Origin: a virus
Taxonomy: Duplodnaviria > Caudoviricetes
Virus record (IMG/VR): IMGVR_UViG_3300030376_003488
Span: 1-32,801 of that record
Length of the DNA: 32,801 bases
Strand: one strand, 5' to 3'
Under the pieces are notes generated by a model. The model saw nothing but the letters and a program-made list of their open reading frames with translations, had not been told where the DNA came from and made no database searches. This document shows, in pieces, positions 11,321 through 21,056 of this stretch. Position 1 is the stretch's first letter. Each line of letters opens with the position of its first letter. A program made the translations under genes and the position numbers.

Positions 11321-11323
11321 ATA
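11317..11323 (+). promoter_or_regulatory. T4-type (gp55) late promoter core ATAAATA
   Basis: ATAAATA overlapping the upstream stop codon, 19 nt before the gp8 start. Confidence 0.7.
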
Positions 11324-11342
11324 AACAAAAAGTTTCAAAATA

Positions 11343-12881
11343 ATGCCAGCGGTCATCACCGATCAGATCAGAGTATTGAATGCGACGAATTTCGTAAGCG
11401 GAATTTCGACGAGTGATAATAGCTATTACGTGTTTATTGGTCTCCCAAATGCAACAGACATTGCATCAGACTGGAACACTAATACACCATCACCCATCGA
11501 TAATTTCGATGAGCATGATAATTTTTATGATACTCTTATATCTGCGAAAAAAATTACATCTAATGATGTTTTAAGAGTAATTAGAAAGATTACTTGGACA
11601 ACAGGAACGATATATGAAATGTATCGTCCTGATTATAGTATCAATAAATTGAGTCCACAAACTAGTGCCACTAGTCTTTATAACACAAACTTCTATGTAA
11701 TGAACTCAGACTTCCGAGTTTATGAGTGCATTTACAATGGAGCAGCACCATCTAATTCAGGTGCAGGTGTTATTTCTCTAGAGGAACCAACACATACTGA
11801 TCTACAACCTAGATTGGAAAGTGATGGGTATGTTTGGAAGTATCTTTATACTATAAAACCTAGTGACATTATCAAGTTTGATAGTGCTGATTATGTACCC
11901 GTACCTGCTAATTGGGCAACCAATACTGATGTGGCAGATGTACGAAATGCAGCAGTAGATGGCAAGATTGAAACTATTGTCATCGAAGATGTTACTAGTG
12001 CATCATATCAATTCAACGGAACTAAAAATGCCGTACCTATCAGAGGGGATGGAATAGACGGACTGGCATCTGTCACCTTTATCAATGGTAAACCTTCTAC
12101 AGTACAGGTAACGAATGGTGGATCTGGATATTCGTTTGGTACTTTAGATCTAGACTCTGTTGTAACAGGTGCTGGTGCTTCATTCTCGGTTATTGTTCCT
12201 CCTCCAGGTGGACATGGTTCTGACATATACAGAGAACTTGGTGCTAATAAGGTTCTTGTATATTCCAGGATTGAAAATAGTGACGTAACAAACCCAGATT
12301 TCCCCACAGGAAACCAGTTTGCTCGTATAGGAATTATTGAAAATCCCCAAGTACATGGTAGTACAAATTTACTAACAGGAGCATCTGCTTCTGGTGTTTA
12401 TGGATTACGTTTGACAGGTGCAGCAACTACTAGTTTAGTTGTTTCTACTGATGCAAATGTTATTCAAACAGTTGGTGTTGGATCAACTGCTGTTGGTAAG
12501 ATTATTGGATACGATGCAACAACTAAAACGTTGCAGTATTGGCAAGATAGAAGTCTTGCTACTGATAACTCTACTGGCACAAAACCTGTCTATGGTTACA
12601 AACTAAATAAATTTACTGCTGCACCAGGTACAGGTGGTAATACTAACATAATAGTTACGACTACTTCTGGAACTGAAACCTTAGCACTTGATACTAATTT
12701 TACTGGAGTTTCTACTACGGTAAATGCTAGAACATATTATTTCGGTCAAACTTATAACAGTGGTCTTGCCAACCCTGAGATCAAAAAATATTCTGGAAAC
12801 ATAATTTATGTTGATCAAAGACCAGAAGTTACAAGGGCAACAAATCAACGAGAAGATATCAAAATCATCCTAGAGTTCTAA
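11343..12881 (+). CDS. g8: Baseplate wedge subunit gp8
   Basis: MPAVITDQIRVLNATNF N-terminus, WTTGTIYEMY, FYVMNSDFRVYECIYN, EEPTH...DGYVWKYLY and C-terminal YSGNIIYVDQRPEVTRATNQREDIKIILEF, all characteristic of gp8. Confidence 0.93.
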   Translation: MPAVITDQIRVLNATNFVSGISTSDNSYYVFIGLPNATDIASDWNTNTPSPIDNFDEHDNFYDTLISAKKITSNDVLRVIRKITWTTGTIYEMYRPDYSINKLSPQTSATSLYNTNFYVMNSDFRVYECIYNGAAPSNSGAGVISLEEPTHTDLQPRLESDGYVWKYLYTIKPSDIIKFDSADYVPVPANWATNTDVADVRNAAVDGKIETIVIEDVTSASYQFNGTKNAVPIRGDGIDGLASVTFINGKPSTVQVTNGGSGYSFGTLDLDSVVTGAGASFSVIVPPPGGHGSDIYRELGANKVLVYSRIENSDVTNPDFPTGNQFARIGIIENPQVHGSTNLLTGASASGVYGLRLTGAATTSLVVSTDANVIQTVGVGSTAVGKIIGYDATTKTLQYWQDRSLATDNSTGTKPVYGYKLNKFTAAPGTGGNTNIIVTTTSGTETLALDTNFTGVSTTVNARTYYFGQTYNSGLANPEIKKYSGNIIYVDQRPEVTRATNQREDIKIILEF

Positions 12882-12885
12882 TCTG

Positions 12886-15800
12886 ATGCCACAGAACACC
12901 AATTTAAATGTCAGCCCATATTTTGATGATTTTGAATCGTCTAAGAACTTTAATAAAGTTCTTTTCAAACCTGGCACTCCCGTACAAGCACGGGAACTAA
13001 CAACCCTTCAATCTATCCTACAAGGACAGATAGAGAAGTTTGGTAAACATATGTTCAAAGAGGGATCAGTAGTTATCCCTGGTGTTTTCCAATATGATTC
13101 ACAATATACTGCTGTCAAAGTAGAATCTACGTTTTTTGGTGTTCCCGTAGAATTGTACTATGATAAGCTTGTTGGTCTCAATATTAAGGGTAAGACATCT
13201 GGTATCACAGCTAAAGTTGTAAAGGTTCTCTCATCTTCTACATCTATTACAAATCATACTACTCTTTATGTCAAGTATGAAAAGAGTTCTGATGATTATG
13301 CTTCAGAACAATTCCTAGATGGAGAAAATCTTACTACATTATCAAATTTCACATACGGTACTACTACCATTACTGATGGTAGTGATTTTGCTACTGCTAT
13401 AAAATCCAATGCAACTGCACTTGGTTCTGCATTTACTGTTACTAAAGGTGTATGGTTTGCTCGTGGTGCATTTGTTGAGGTAAGTCAAGAAACATTAATA
13501 CTAGATCAATATAGTAATAGACCATCATATAGAGTTGGATTCTTCATTAAAGAAGACATTGTAACTGCAGTTGATGATGATACATTATATGATAATGCTG
13601 CTGGATTCTCTAACTATACTGCTCCTGGTGCTGACAGACTAAAGATTAGCTTTACTCTTACAAAGAAAGAAATAGATGATTTTCAAGATGAGAGTTTTAT
13701 TGAACTTCTTAGAGCTAAAGAAGGAGAAGTAACTAGAGTTGCTGATAAGACAGTTTATAGTGAGATTGCTAAAGAATTTGCTAGAAGGACATTTGATGAA
13801 AGTGGAAATTATTATGTTAGAAAGTTTGATTTAGAATCAAAGGAATGTTTGAATGATAGGCATTCTGTATTTGGAACTTTCTATCCAGGATCTATAACTG
13901 ATGATGGTAATGAACCATCTAAAGACCTAATGAATATTAGGGTTGGTCCAGGTAAAGCATATGTAAAAGGTTATGAGACGGAAGTATATGGATCTACATT
14001 CTTAGATGTTGATAAACCAAGAACAACTGAATTAGTAGAAAGTTCAGTAGTTCCTTTCCAAGCAGGTAATAAAATAAGGTTGAATAATGTCCTAAATGCT
14101 GCTCAGATCAAGCTTTCTGCTGCTACATCGGACTATGTTGACTTACGTAGTGAAAGACTAGGTAGTACTAAATCGACTGCCTCAGGGTCTTCTATAGGTC
14201 GTGCAAGGGTATATGATTATAAGTTACAGAATGCAGGGTATGTAGATGCTTCTAGTGTATGGGAATTGTTCCTTATGGACATTCAGACAGACACTCAGTT
14301 GACTGTCAATCAAGCACATACTATTGCATTACCTGCTGTTATTGAAGGTAGCAGAAGTGGTGCTAGAGGTTATCTAAGATCTGCAGTATCAAGCTCAACA
14401 GGAATAACCCTAAACCAGGTATCTGGTCAGTTTATAGTTGATGAGCAAATTATCATTAATGGTACTGAAGATGGTAGAGTAATTACTGCTGTTACTGAGT
14501 ATGATCTCAGTGATGTAAAGGCAGTTAGATCTACTGCTGCTAGTAGAACATTTGCTGCAGACGTAGTTTTAGAAACTAAGAAAGAATTTAGTGGACGTTC
14601 ATTCAGTATAACCAGTGGTGGTGTTGTTACTAGTGGTAGAGCTGGATGGGTAAAAAGTTTCAAGATTGGGGATATAGTTGCATATAAGCGTGGTGGTGTA
14701 ACAGATGTTACTTACAACAAAGTAAGTGCTGTTAGTGCTGCAAATAATAATATAACTCTAGTTGCTGCTCCAGCCACTATTTCTAACGTATGTCATAAGG
14801 CATTACCATCTTCAACTACAACTGTTAGTGATTTAAAGATTCTTTCATCTAAGATAAGATCATCTAACAATGGATTCCTATATGCAGAATTACCTGATAC
14901 AAATATAGAATCTATTGATCTAACTGATTCTATAATGCAGGTTAGAGTAGAAAGTACTGGACAAAGTACTGATGGTTCAGGTCAAATGGATCTTCCATCT
15001 TTGACAGGAACTGATTATGTCTATGCTCCATTCGATGAAGAGAGATATACAGTTGTATATACAACTGGTGCTGTTGAAACACTAACTTCTGATCAGGTTG
15101 TTTTGACTAGTGGTGGTAAGGGAGTTACTATTTCAGGTCTTACTGCATCACAATCAAATAACGTAGTTGTACATAGTACACAGCAGAAAGCTAAGGTTAA
15201 GTCTAAACAAAAGACTCTTGTAAGACAAGCAATTCTTAATATAACTGGATCTAATCGTTCATATTCTGGTGTAAGTACTTCTATATCAGACGGTCTTACA
15301 CCTAGTGATGTGTATGGTAGACGTGTTCAGGATAGAGAAATTTCTCTTAATGTTCCTGATGTGGTAGGAGTTACTGCTGTATTTGAATCTTCAGGTAATG
15401 CTGAACCATCTGTTCCATCACTTACTCTTGGATCTTTCAATGGTCCTAATGGCAATAACAGTGATATTATATTAGGTGAGGTTGGTGTTGGTCAAAGTTC
15501 TGGTGCAGCTGCTTTAGTTCTTGCTAGAAGTGGTACAACTAAGATTGATGTTCTTTTCAAGAATAGTAATCTTTTCTCAGATAATGAAGAGGTAACTTTC
15601 GAAGAAAGTGGAGTTAGAGCAGTTCTATCTAACGTAGATTCTGGTGATCCAAATATAAGAAATAACTTTATTTTAGATTCTGGGCAGAGAGAAGAGTATT
15701 ATGACTTTGGTCGTTTGGTTAGAAAACAAAATTTCCCAGAACCACAAGGAAGATTAAAGGTTTACTATGATTATTATACAATAAATTCAGAAGATTCTGG

Positions 15801-18800
15801 TGACATACTAACAGTCAATAGTTACGATAAAGCTAATTATGATACTGTTCCTGCTCTCGATAATGTTAGGAATACAGATGTTATTGACCTAAGACCTAGA
15901 GTTGCTCCTTATTCTGGTAGTAGATCACCTTTCGAATTCGATTCAAGAGACTTTAGTGCTGCTGGTCAATCTGCTACTGTATTAGTATCTGATGAGAATA
16001 TTCAGTTTGATTATAAACACTATCTTGGAAGAATTGATAGGTTATTCTTGAATAAAGATTCTACATGGTCATTCCAAAAAGGTGTTCCTGCTGTTAGACC
16101 AGTAGAACCTGAAACACTTGGTGAATCTTTTGAGATTGCTAAGATTGAGTATAAACCATATGTTTACAATCCTAAGAAGGATGTAACAATTACCTTCCGT
16201 GCTAATAAGCGTTATACGATGAAGGATATTGGTAGACTAGAAGATCGCATTGAGAATCTAGAAGAAACTACTTCACTTTCATTGTTAGAATCTAAGACTG
16301 AAAGTTTAGTTATTACCGATTCAACTACAGGTCTTGATAGATTCAAGAATGGTTTTGTTGTAGATCCATTCGATACTTTTGATGTTGCAGATAAGTCTGT
16401 ACCATTCTTGAAGTATGATCTTAGTGATGGTAAATTAATTTCTAGAAGATATGTTGATAGTATTGATTTATTAGTTGGATCTGATTCTATTGTAGGTACA
16501 AATGGTACTCCAGATTTAACTGTAGACCCAAGATTTGCTACTGATTTAGGATCAACAAATATCAAGAAAACTGGTGACCTTGTAACTCTAGATTATAGTG
16601 AAGTTGAGGATTTCCAACAACCCTTTGCTACTAGGGTTGAAAGTGTAAACCCATATGCTTTCAGAAGTTGGAGAGGTAATCTAACTTTGAATCCTGAGTC
16701 TGATGTCTTCACAGAAAGAGTCTTCCAAACAGAAGATGATGGAATAGGATTCAATAACGATATTATTATTACAACTGATCCTATCCCCAATATGAGGGAA
16801 CAGAATATTCAGTTTGTAGGTACAAAACTAAAACCAGGAACAAACCATTATAACTGGTTTGCTGGTACAGATATGATAGAAAATAATATTTACACTATAC
16901 CTAAACTATTAGAAGTTACACCTATTCAAGGTGCATTCAGAACTGGTGAGACAGTAAGAGGATTATCAGTATCGACACAGAATGTGAGTCAAGGTTCTGA
17001 TCTAAGATTTAGATTAGCATCACCTAACCACAAGGATGGTCCTTATAATACTCCTACTATAACATTTACCAATAACCCATATTCACCTAATGTTGGTTTA
17101 TCTTCAGCATATTCAGAAACAACAACTGTTCTTAACATTGATACTGCATCATTGAATCAAAAATCAGATGCAAACTTCTTTGGATTTGCAAGTGTTGGAA
17201 TGAGACTGGTTGGTGAAGAAAGTGGTGCTGAGGCAGTAATTAGTGATCTTAGGTTGATTACAGATGATTTAGGTGCTGTTATTGGATCTTACTATATCCC
17301 AGGTGATTCATTCAACAATGGTACTAACACTGCACGTCTTTCTAGTATAAGACCACAGGATACTATTCCTGGATTGAACTACTCTCGTGCTGCTGCGGAT
17401 CATTTCTCTGAAGGTGAAGAGATTACTGAACTAACCTTAGAAAGGACACTTCCAGTATTCCCACCACCACAAGTATTCAATATAACCAATATTACAAATA
17501 ATATAACCAATATTACAAATACACCTCGTCCTCAACCAAGGAATAATGATGATGATCATGGTGATCCATTAGCACAAAGTTTCTTTGTTGATGAGGATCC
17601 TGGTATCTTCCTAACTTCTATTGAAGTTTACTTCATGAATAAATCTAATACTATTCCTATTGACTTAGCTGTTGTAGAGGTAGTAAATGGATATCCTTCT
17701 CAGAGTGTTGCTAGGAATGGTAAAGTTACCTTGAACCCAGATCAGGTCTTTACATCTACGGATGCTACAGTACCAACCAAGTTTACTTTTGATTCACCAG
17801 TTTACTTACCCACAGGTGAGTATGCATTTGTACTAGACTCTAATACATCTGATTATCAACTTTGGATATCTCAGATGGGTGAAACTGAGATAGCAACTGC
17901 TAACTTATCTGAATTAGGGCAAGTTATTGTTTCTCAACAACCTGCTGTTGGATCTTTATTCAAAGGTCAAACAAAGTCTACATGGACTGCCTCACAACTT
18001 GAGGACATGAAGTATACTGCATATAAGGCAGAATTCGTTAGTGATCCTGGTACTTTGAGGATGTATAATCCACAACTTAGTGAGTGGGGAACAAGGAATA
18101 AGTTACCTGAAAATCCAATAGAAACATTTGGTAAGAGAGTAACTGTAGGTCTAACTTCATCTGTTGTTGGTGCTTCTGGTGCTGTTGTACATATTGGATC
18201 TAAGATCCAACAAGTTTCAAATGCTGGTGCTGATGGTATTGTTGCTGAGAAATTAGCACACCTTGGTACTGCTGCTAATACATTATCCGTAACCAATGCT
18301 GGTAGTGGATATGAAGATGCTACTTATAGTACAGTAAGCTTTACTAGTGTAACTGGTAAAGGATCTGGTGCTGTTGGTGTCGTTACAGTATCGTCAGGTG
18401 CTATAACTGGAGCAACTGTCAAGGGTGTTCAGACAGGTCAAGGATATCAGGTAGGTGATACTATCACTGCTGCACTTGGTACGAAAGGACTTGGAAAAGA
18501 TTTAGTTCTAACAGTTGGTGTTACTACTGGTACTAATGCATTGGTACTTACTAGTTGTAGTGAAACTAACTTCAATACCACAAATCTAATACAGTATTAT
18601 AATTCTACATTAGGATATGGTGTAACTCTTGCTAACATCACACCTGCTACTGTTACTGTAAATTCAGATCAATATGATGGTAAGCATTTCAAGGTTACTC
18701 ATCCTAATCATGGACTCCATGCTGCTAACAATACTGTATCATTGACAGGTCTTAGTGGAGATTCTGTACCTACAAAACTAACCGTTGGTTATGCTGCAAG

Positions 18801-19968
18801 TCTTACTAGCACTGTAAGTGTTGCAAGTAGTACAGGATTCAACTGGTTTGAAGGTGCTCAAGTAAACAACAGTAATCCTGGATATGCTCTAATTGGTGAG
18901 GAGGTAATCAAGTACACTACAGTCGGAACAAATAACCTTTCTGGTATAACAAGATCTCAAGATTCTACTATTGCTAGAAGTTATGAGATAGATACTCCTA
19001 TACAGAAGTATGAGTTATCTGGTGTATCACTAAGAAAGATCAATACATCTCATAGTTTGGTCAATGTTGGTAATACAATTGTTGATAAGGTGACATTGGA
19101 TTCGTATCATGTTGAACTTACTGGTAGTGCATCCTTCAATAAGGATAAGCATGGTGGTGGAAATAGAGGTAGAGGAACTAAGAATATTCAGTTTGAGACA
19201 ATTATTCCAAATATCACTCATCAAATTCCAGAAAAAACCAATATCAATGCTTCAGTAAGAACTACTTCTGCTACAAGTATTGGTGGAAATGAAACTTCAT
19301 TTGTTGACAAGGGATTCCAAAGTATTTCACTTGCTGGAAAAACACGATTCTTGAAACCTCAGATGGTTTGTTCTTATGATAATGAGACATCTAAGATGAC
19401 TGCACTTCCTGGTGGTAAGTCATTCACTATAGAATTGCAGTTGTCAACTCTCAATACTAACGTATCACCTGTTGTTGATGTATTCAGGAGTTCTGTTATT
19501 ACAGAGTCTGCAAGAGTTAATTCTCCTATTGCCGATTTCATTACTGATAGAAGAGCAAATACTTTAGATGATCCACATGATAACATATATCTAACTAAGG
19601 TTATTAGGTTAGAAACTCCTTCAACTGCTTTGAAAGTATTATTTGCTGCATTTAGACCACCATCAGCAGACATCAGAGTTCTTTATAGACTCTATAGAGC
19701 TGATAGTGATGAGATAGATAAGGTATTCTCATTATTCCCAGGTTATGATAACCTAGATGCATCAGGTGATGTTATCAATGAGAAGAATAATAGTGGTAGA
19801 TCTGATAGAAAGATTAATGCAAGTCTAGAAGATCAATTCGTTGAATATGAATTTGGTGTTGATGACCTACCACAGTTTACTGGATTCCAAATAAAGATTG
19901 ATATTTCTTCAACTAACCAGGCACAAGATCCTGAACTGCTAGACTTCAGGGCAATAGCAGTAGCATAA
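12886..19968 (+). CDS. VrlC-like / DUF4815-domain large virion structural protein
   Basis: N-terminal PYFDDF...KVLFKPGTPVQARELTTLQSILQ, APGADRLKI, RRTFDESGNY, RYTMKDIGRLEDRIENLE, DRFKNGFVVD and DPLAQSF motifs. Follows gp8 as in other cyanomyophages. Confidence 0.88.
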   Translation: MPQNTNLNVSPYFDDFESSKNFNKVLFKPGTPVQARELTTLQSILQGQIEKFGKHMFKEGSVVIPGVFQYDSQYTAVKVESTFFGVPVELYYDKLVGLNIKGKTSGITAKVVKVLSSSTSITNHTTLYVKYEKSSDDYASEQFLDGENLTTLSNFTYGTTTITDGSDFATAIKSNATALGSAFTVTKGVWFARGAFVEVSQETLILDQYSNRPSYRVGFFIKEDIVTAVDDDTLYDNAAGFSNYTAPGADRLKISFTLTKKEIDDFQDESFIELLRAKEGEVTRVADKTVYSEIAKEFARRTFDESGNYYVRKFDLESKECLNDRHSVFGTFYPGSITDDGNEPSKDLMNIRVGPGKAYVKGYETEVYGSTFLDVDKPRTTELVESSVVPFQAGNKIRLNNVLNAAQIKLSAATSDYVDLRSERLGSTKSTASGSSIGRARVYDYKLQNAGYVDASSVWELFLMDIQTDTQLTVNQAHTIALPAVIEGSRSGARGYLRSAVSSSTGITLNQVSGQFIVDEQIIINGTEDGRVITAVTEYDLSDVKAVRSTAASRTFAADVVLETKKEFSGRSFSITSGGVVTSGRAGWVKSFKIGDIVAYKRGGVTDVTYNKVSAVSAANNNITLVAAPATISNVCHKALPSSTTTVSDLKILSSKIRSSNNGFLYAELPDTNIESIDLTDSIMQVRVESTGQSTDGSGQMDLPSLTGTDYVYAPFDEERYTVVYTTGAVETLTSDQVVLTSGGKGVTISGLTASQSNNVVVHSTQQKAKVKSKQKTLVRQAILNITGSNRSYSGVSTSISDGLTPSDVYGRRVQDREISLNVPDVVGVTAVFESSGNAEPSVPSLTLGSFNGPNGNNSDIILGEVGVGQSSGAAALVLARSGTTKIDVLFKNSNLFSDNEEVTFEESGVRAVLSNVDSGDPNIRNNFILDSGQREEYYDFGRLVRKQNFPEPQGRLKVYYDYYTINSEDSGDILTVNSYDKANYDTVPALDNVRNTDVIDLRPRVAPYSGSRSPFEFDSRDFSAAGQSATVLVSDENIQFDYKHYLGRIDRLFLNKDSTWSFQKGVPAVRPVEPETLGESFEIAKIEYKPYVYNPKKDVTITFRANKRYTMKDIGRLEDRIENLEETTSLSLLESKTESLVITDSTTGLDRFKNGFVVDPFDTFDVADKSVPFLKYDLSDGKLISRRYVDSIDLLVGSDSIVGTNGTPDLTVDPRFATDLGSTNIKKTGDLVTLDYSEVEDFQQPFATRVESVNPYAFRSWRGNLTLNPESDVFTERVFQTEDDGIGFNNDIIITTDPIPNMREQNIQFVGTKLKPGTNHYNWFAGTDMIENNIYTIPKLLEVTPIQGAFRTGETVRGLSVSTQNVSQGSDLRFRLASPNHKDGPYNTPTITFTNNPYSPNVGLSSAYSETTTVLNIDTASLNQKSDANFFGFASVGMRLVGEESGAEAVISDLRLITDDLGAVIGSYYIPGDSFNNGTNTARLSSIRPQDTIPGLNYSRAAADHFSEGEEITELTLERTLPVFPPPQVFNITNITNNITNITNTPRPQPRNNDDDHGDPLAQSFFVDEDPGIFLTSIEVYFMNKSNTIPIDLAVVEVVNGYPSQSVARNGKVTLNPDQVFTSTDATVPTKFTFDSPVYLPTGEYAFVLDSNTSDYQLWISQMGETEIATANLSELGQVIVSQQPAVGSLFKGQTKSTWTASQLEDMKYTAYKAEFVSDPGTLRMYNPQLSEWGTRNKLPENPIETFGKRVTVGLTSSVVGASGAVVHIGSKIQQVSNAGADGIVAEKLAHLGTAANTLSVTNAGSGYEDATYSTVSFTSVTGKGSGAVGVVTVSSGAITGATVKGVQTGQGYQVGDTITAALGTKGLGKDLVLTVGVTTGTNALVLTSCSETNFNTTNLIQYYNSTLGYGVTLANITPATVTVNSDQYDGKHFKVTHPNHGLHAANNTVSLTGLSGDSVPTKLTVGYAASLTSTVSVASSTGFNWFEGAQVNNSNPGYALIGEEVIKYTTVGTNNLSGITRSQDSTIARSYEIDTPIQKYELSGVSLRKINTSHSLVNVGNTIVDKVTLDSYHVELTGSASFNKDKHGGGNRGRGTKNIQFETIIPNITHQIPEKTNINASVRTTSATSIGGNETSFVDKGFQSISLAGKTRFLKPQMVCSYDNETSKMTALPGGKSFTIELQLSTLNTNVSPVVDVFRSSVITESARVNSPIADFITDRRANTLDDPHDNIYLTKVIRLETPSTALKVLFAAFRPPSADIRVLYRLYRADSDEIDKVFSLFPGYDNLDASGDVINEKNNSGRSDRKINASLEDQFVEYEFGVDDLPQFTGFQIKIDISSTNQAQDPELLDFRAIAVA
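17479..17520 (+). repeat. Perfect 21-bp tandem duplication (AATATAACCAATATTACAAAT x2) encoding NITNITN-NITNITN
   Basis: Read directly from the sequence: 17479-17499 is identical to 17500-17520. Confidence 0.95.
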
Positions 19969-20114
19969 TGGCTTGGTGGTTATTAGCCGAAGTACTCGAT
20001 GGAACTTTAGACGATGCATTCCCGATCAAAGAGAGCAAAAGTAGAGAACTTCAGATCCTTAGAGAGGGATCTGAAGACGACTGCGATAGTGAATACAGAC
20101 AAACGAGAGTATGA
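19968..20114 (+). CDS. Possible 48-aa small protein MAWWLLAEVLDGTLDDAFPIKESKSRELQILREGSEDDCDSEYRQTRV (below the ORF-track cutoff)
   Basis: ATG overlaps the upstream stop (TAATG), as for other coupled genes here, but the ORF overlaps the next one by 101 nt in another frame. Confidence 0.35.
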   Translation: MAWWLLAEVLDGTLDDAFPIKESKSRELQILREGSEDDCDSEYRQTRV

Positions 20115-20223
20115 TCGTTATATGAACGATAGAGATTCTCGCTTGAAACAAAAGTATGAATTAGATGAATTGAAGAGTGAAATTGAGATTTTGAAACAGT
20201 TAATACTTAAACAAAATAAATAG
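20014..20223 (+). CDS. Small coiled-coil hypothetical protein
   Basis: KVE...L.RD..T.AIVNTD..EY..Y followed by a heptad-like ELDELKSEIEILKQLI tail, a pattern I recognise from cyanophage genes after VrlC-like proteins. Confidence 0.75.
   Translation: MHSRSKRAKVENFRSLERDLKTTAIVNTDKREYDRYMNDRDSRLKQKYELDELKSEIEILKQLILKQNK
20216..20222 (+). promoter_or_regulatory. Late promoter core ATAAATA
   Basis: Overlaps the end of the upstream gene, 21 nt before the ATG at 20244. Confidence 0.65.
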
Positions 20224-20243
20224 AAATACTGAACTAGGTTTAC

Positions 20244-20585
20244 ATGGCAGTACCATCAGTAAATATACAAATTGAAAAGGGAACAGATTTTTCTTCTACA
20301 TTCACTGTAAAGAAAAAAGATTCCTCAGTTTTGAATTTAACTCCTTATAGTTTCTCAGCAAAAATGAGAAAACATGCGGAGGCTTCTGGTTATGTTGGAT
20401 TTGCTGCTACTTATGGTAATGATGCAACCCAAGGAAACCTAACAATATCATTGACTGACACACAGACTGGTATCATTACTGCTGGTAGATACGAGTATGA
20501 TGTTATTATCACCAACTTAAATAATGGTTCAAAGACCAAAATTTTTGCTGGTCAAGCACTAGTAAATTCTTCGTTAGCAGTATGA
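20244..20585 (+). CDS. Small beta-sandwich virion protein (BppU/adaptor-like)
   Basis: I.KGTDF...F...LNLT.Y...AKMRK...G.L.ISLT..QT.....GRY.YDV pattern. Confidence 0.65.
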   Translation: MAVPSVNIQIEKGTDFSSTFTVKKKDSSVLNLTPYSFSAKMRKHAEASGYVGFAATYGNDATQGNLTISLTDTQTGIITAGRYEYDVIITNLNNGSKTKIFAGQALVNSSLAV

Positions 20586-20586
20586 T

Positions 20587-21024
20587 ATGGCTGATCTCGT
20601 TAGTCTATCTTCATCAGGAGCAGATTCTAATTTAGATGGTCAACCATCTGTAAAGTTTACTACTCTTTCTGTTGACGATGATGATGTAAATGTTACATTA
20701 TCTCCTGATTACTTCGTAATAGAAAACGAAGTAAAAAGCATATTCACCCCTGGATTAGGAATAGACGAAGTGGCAAATCTAAGAGAAATTAGCGATGTTA
20801 TCTCAACATCTCTCGGAGCAGGTATCGGAACTCATTTTGTTCTAACCTATGATGCCAGTGCTGATAATTTTGTCTTTATAAGTCCTGACGCTATTGTAGA
20901 TTCAGCAGCGGGGTCTGTATCGGGTCCAACAGGTTTTAGTACTTCAGTAATAAACAATTTAGTTACTGAACTTGACACTGCCTTAGATAATAAAATTGAC
21001 CTTGATGGCGGCACTTGGGCATAA
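20587..21024 (+). CDS. Acidic hypothetical fibre-associated protein ending DLDGGTW
   Basis: 145-aa ORF with an LREISDV...VLTYDA...F fibre-type motif and a terminal DGG motif. Confidence 0.6.
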   Translation: MADLVSLSSSGADSNLDGQPSVKFTTLSVDDDDVNVTLSPDYFVIENEVKSIFTPGLGIDEVANLREISDVISTSLGAGIGTHFVLTYDASADNFVFISPDAIVDSAAGSVSGPTGFSTSVINNLVTELDTALDNKIDLDGGTWA

Positions 21025-21027
21025 AAT

Positions 21028-21034
21028 CTAAATA
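21028..21034 (+). promoter_or_regulatory. Late promoter core CTAAATA
   Basis: Intergenic, followed by an AAGGA ribosome-binding site and the ATG at 21057. Confidence 0.65.
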
Positions 21035-21056
21035 CTAAGAAGGAAAGTTTTAAAAA

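Noticed and set aside
12603-12609. Intragenic CTAAATA copies (also 31644-31650)
   Set aside because: A 7-mer this AT-rich is expected by chance inside coding sequence. The 31644 copy upstream of g16 is plausible but unsupported.
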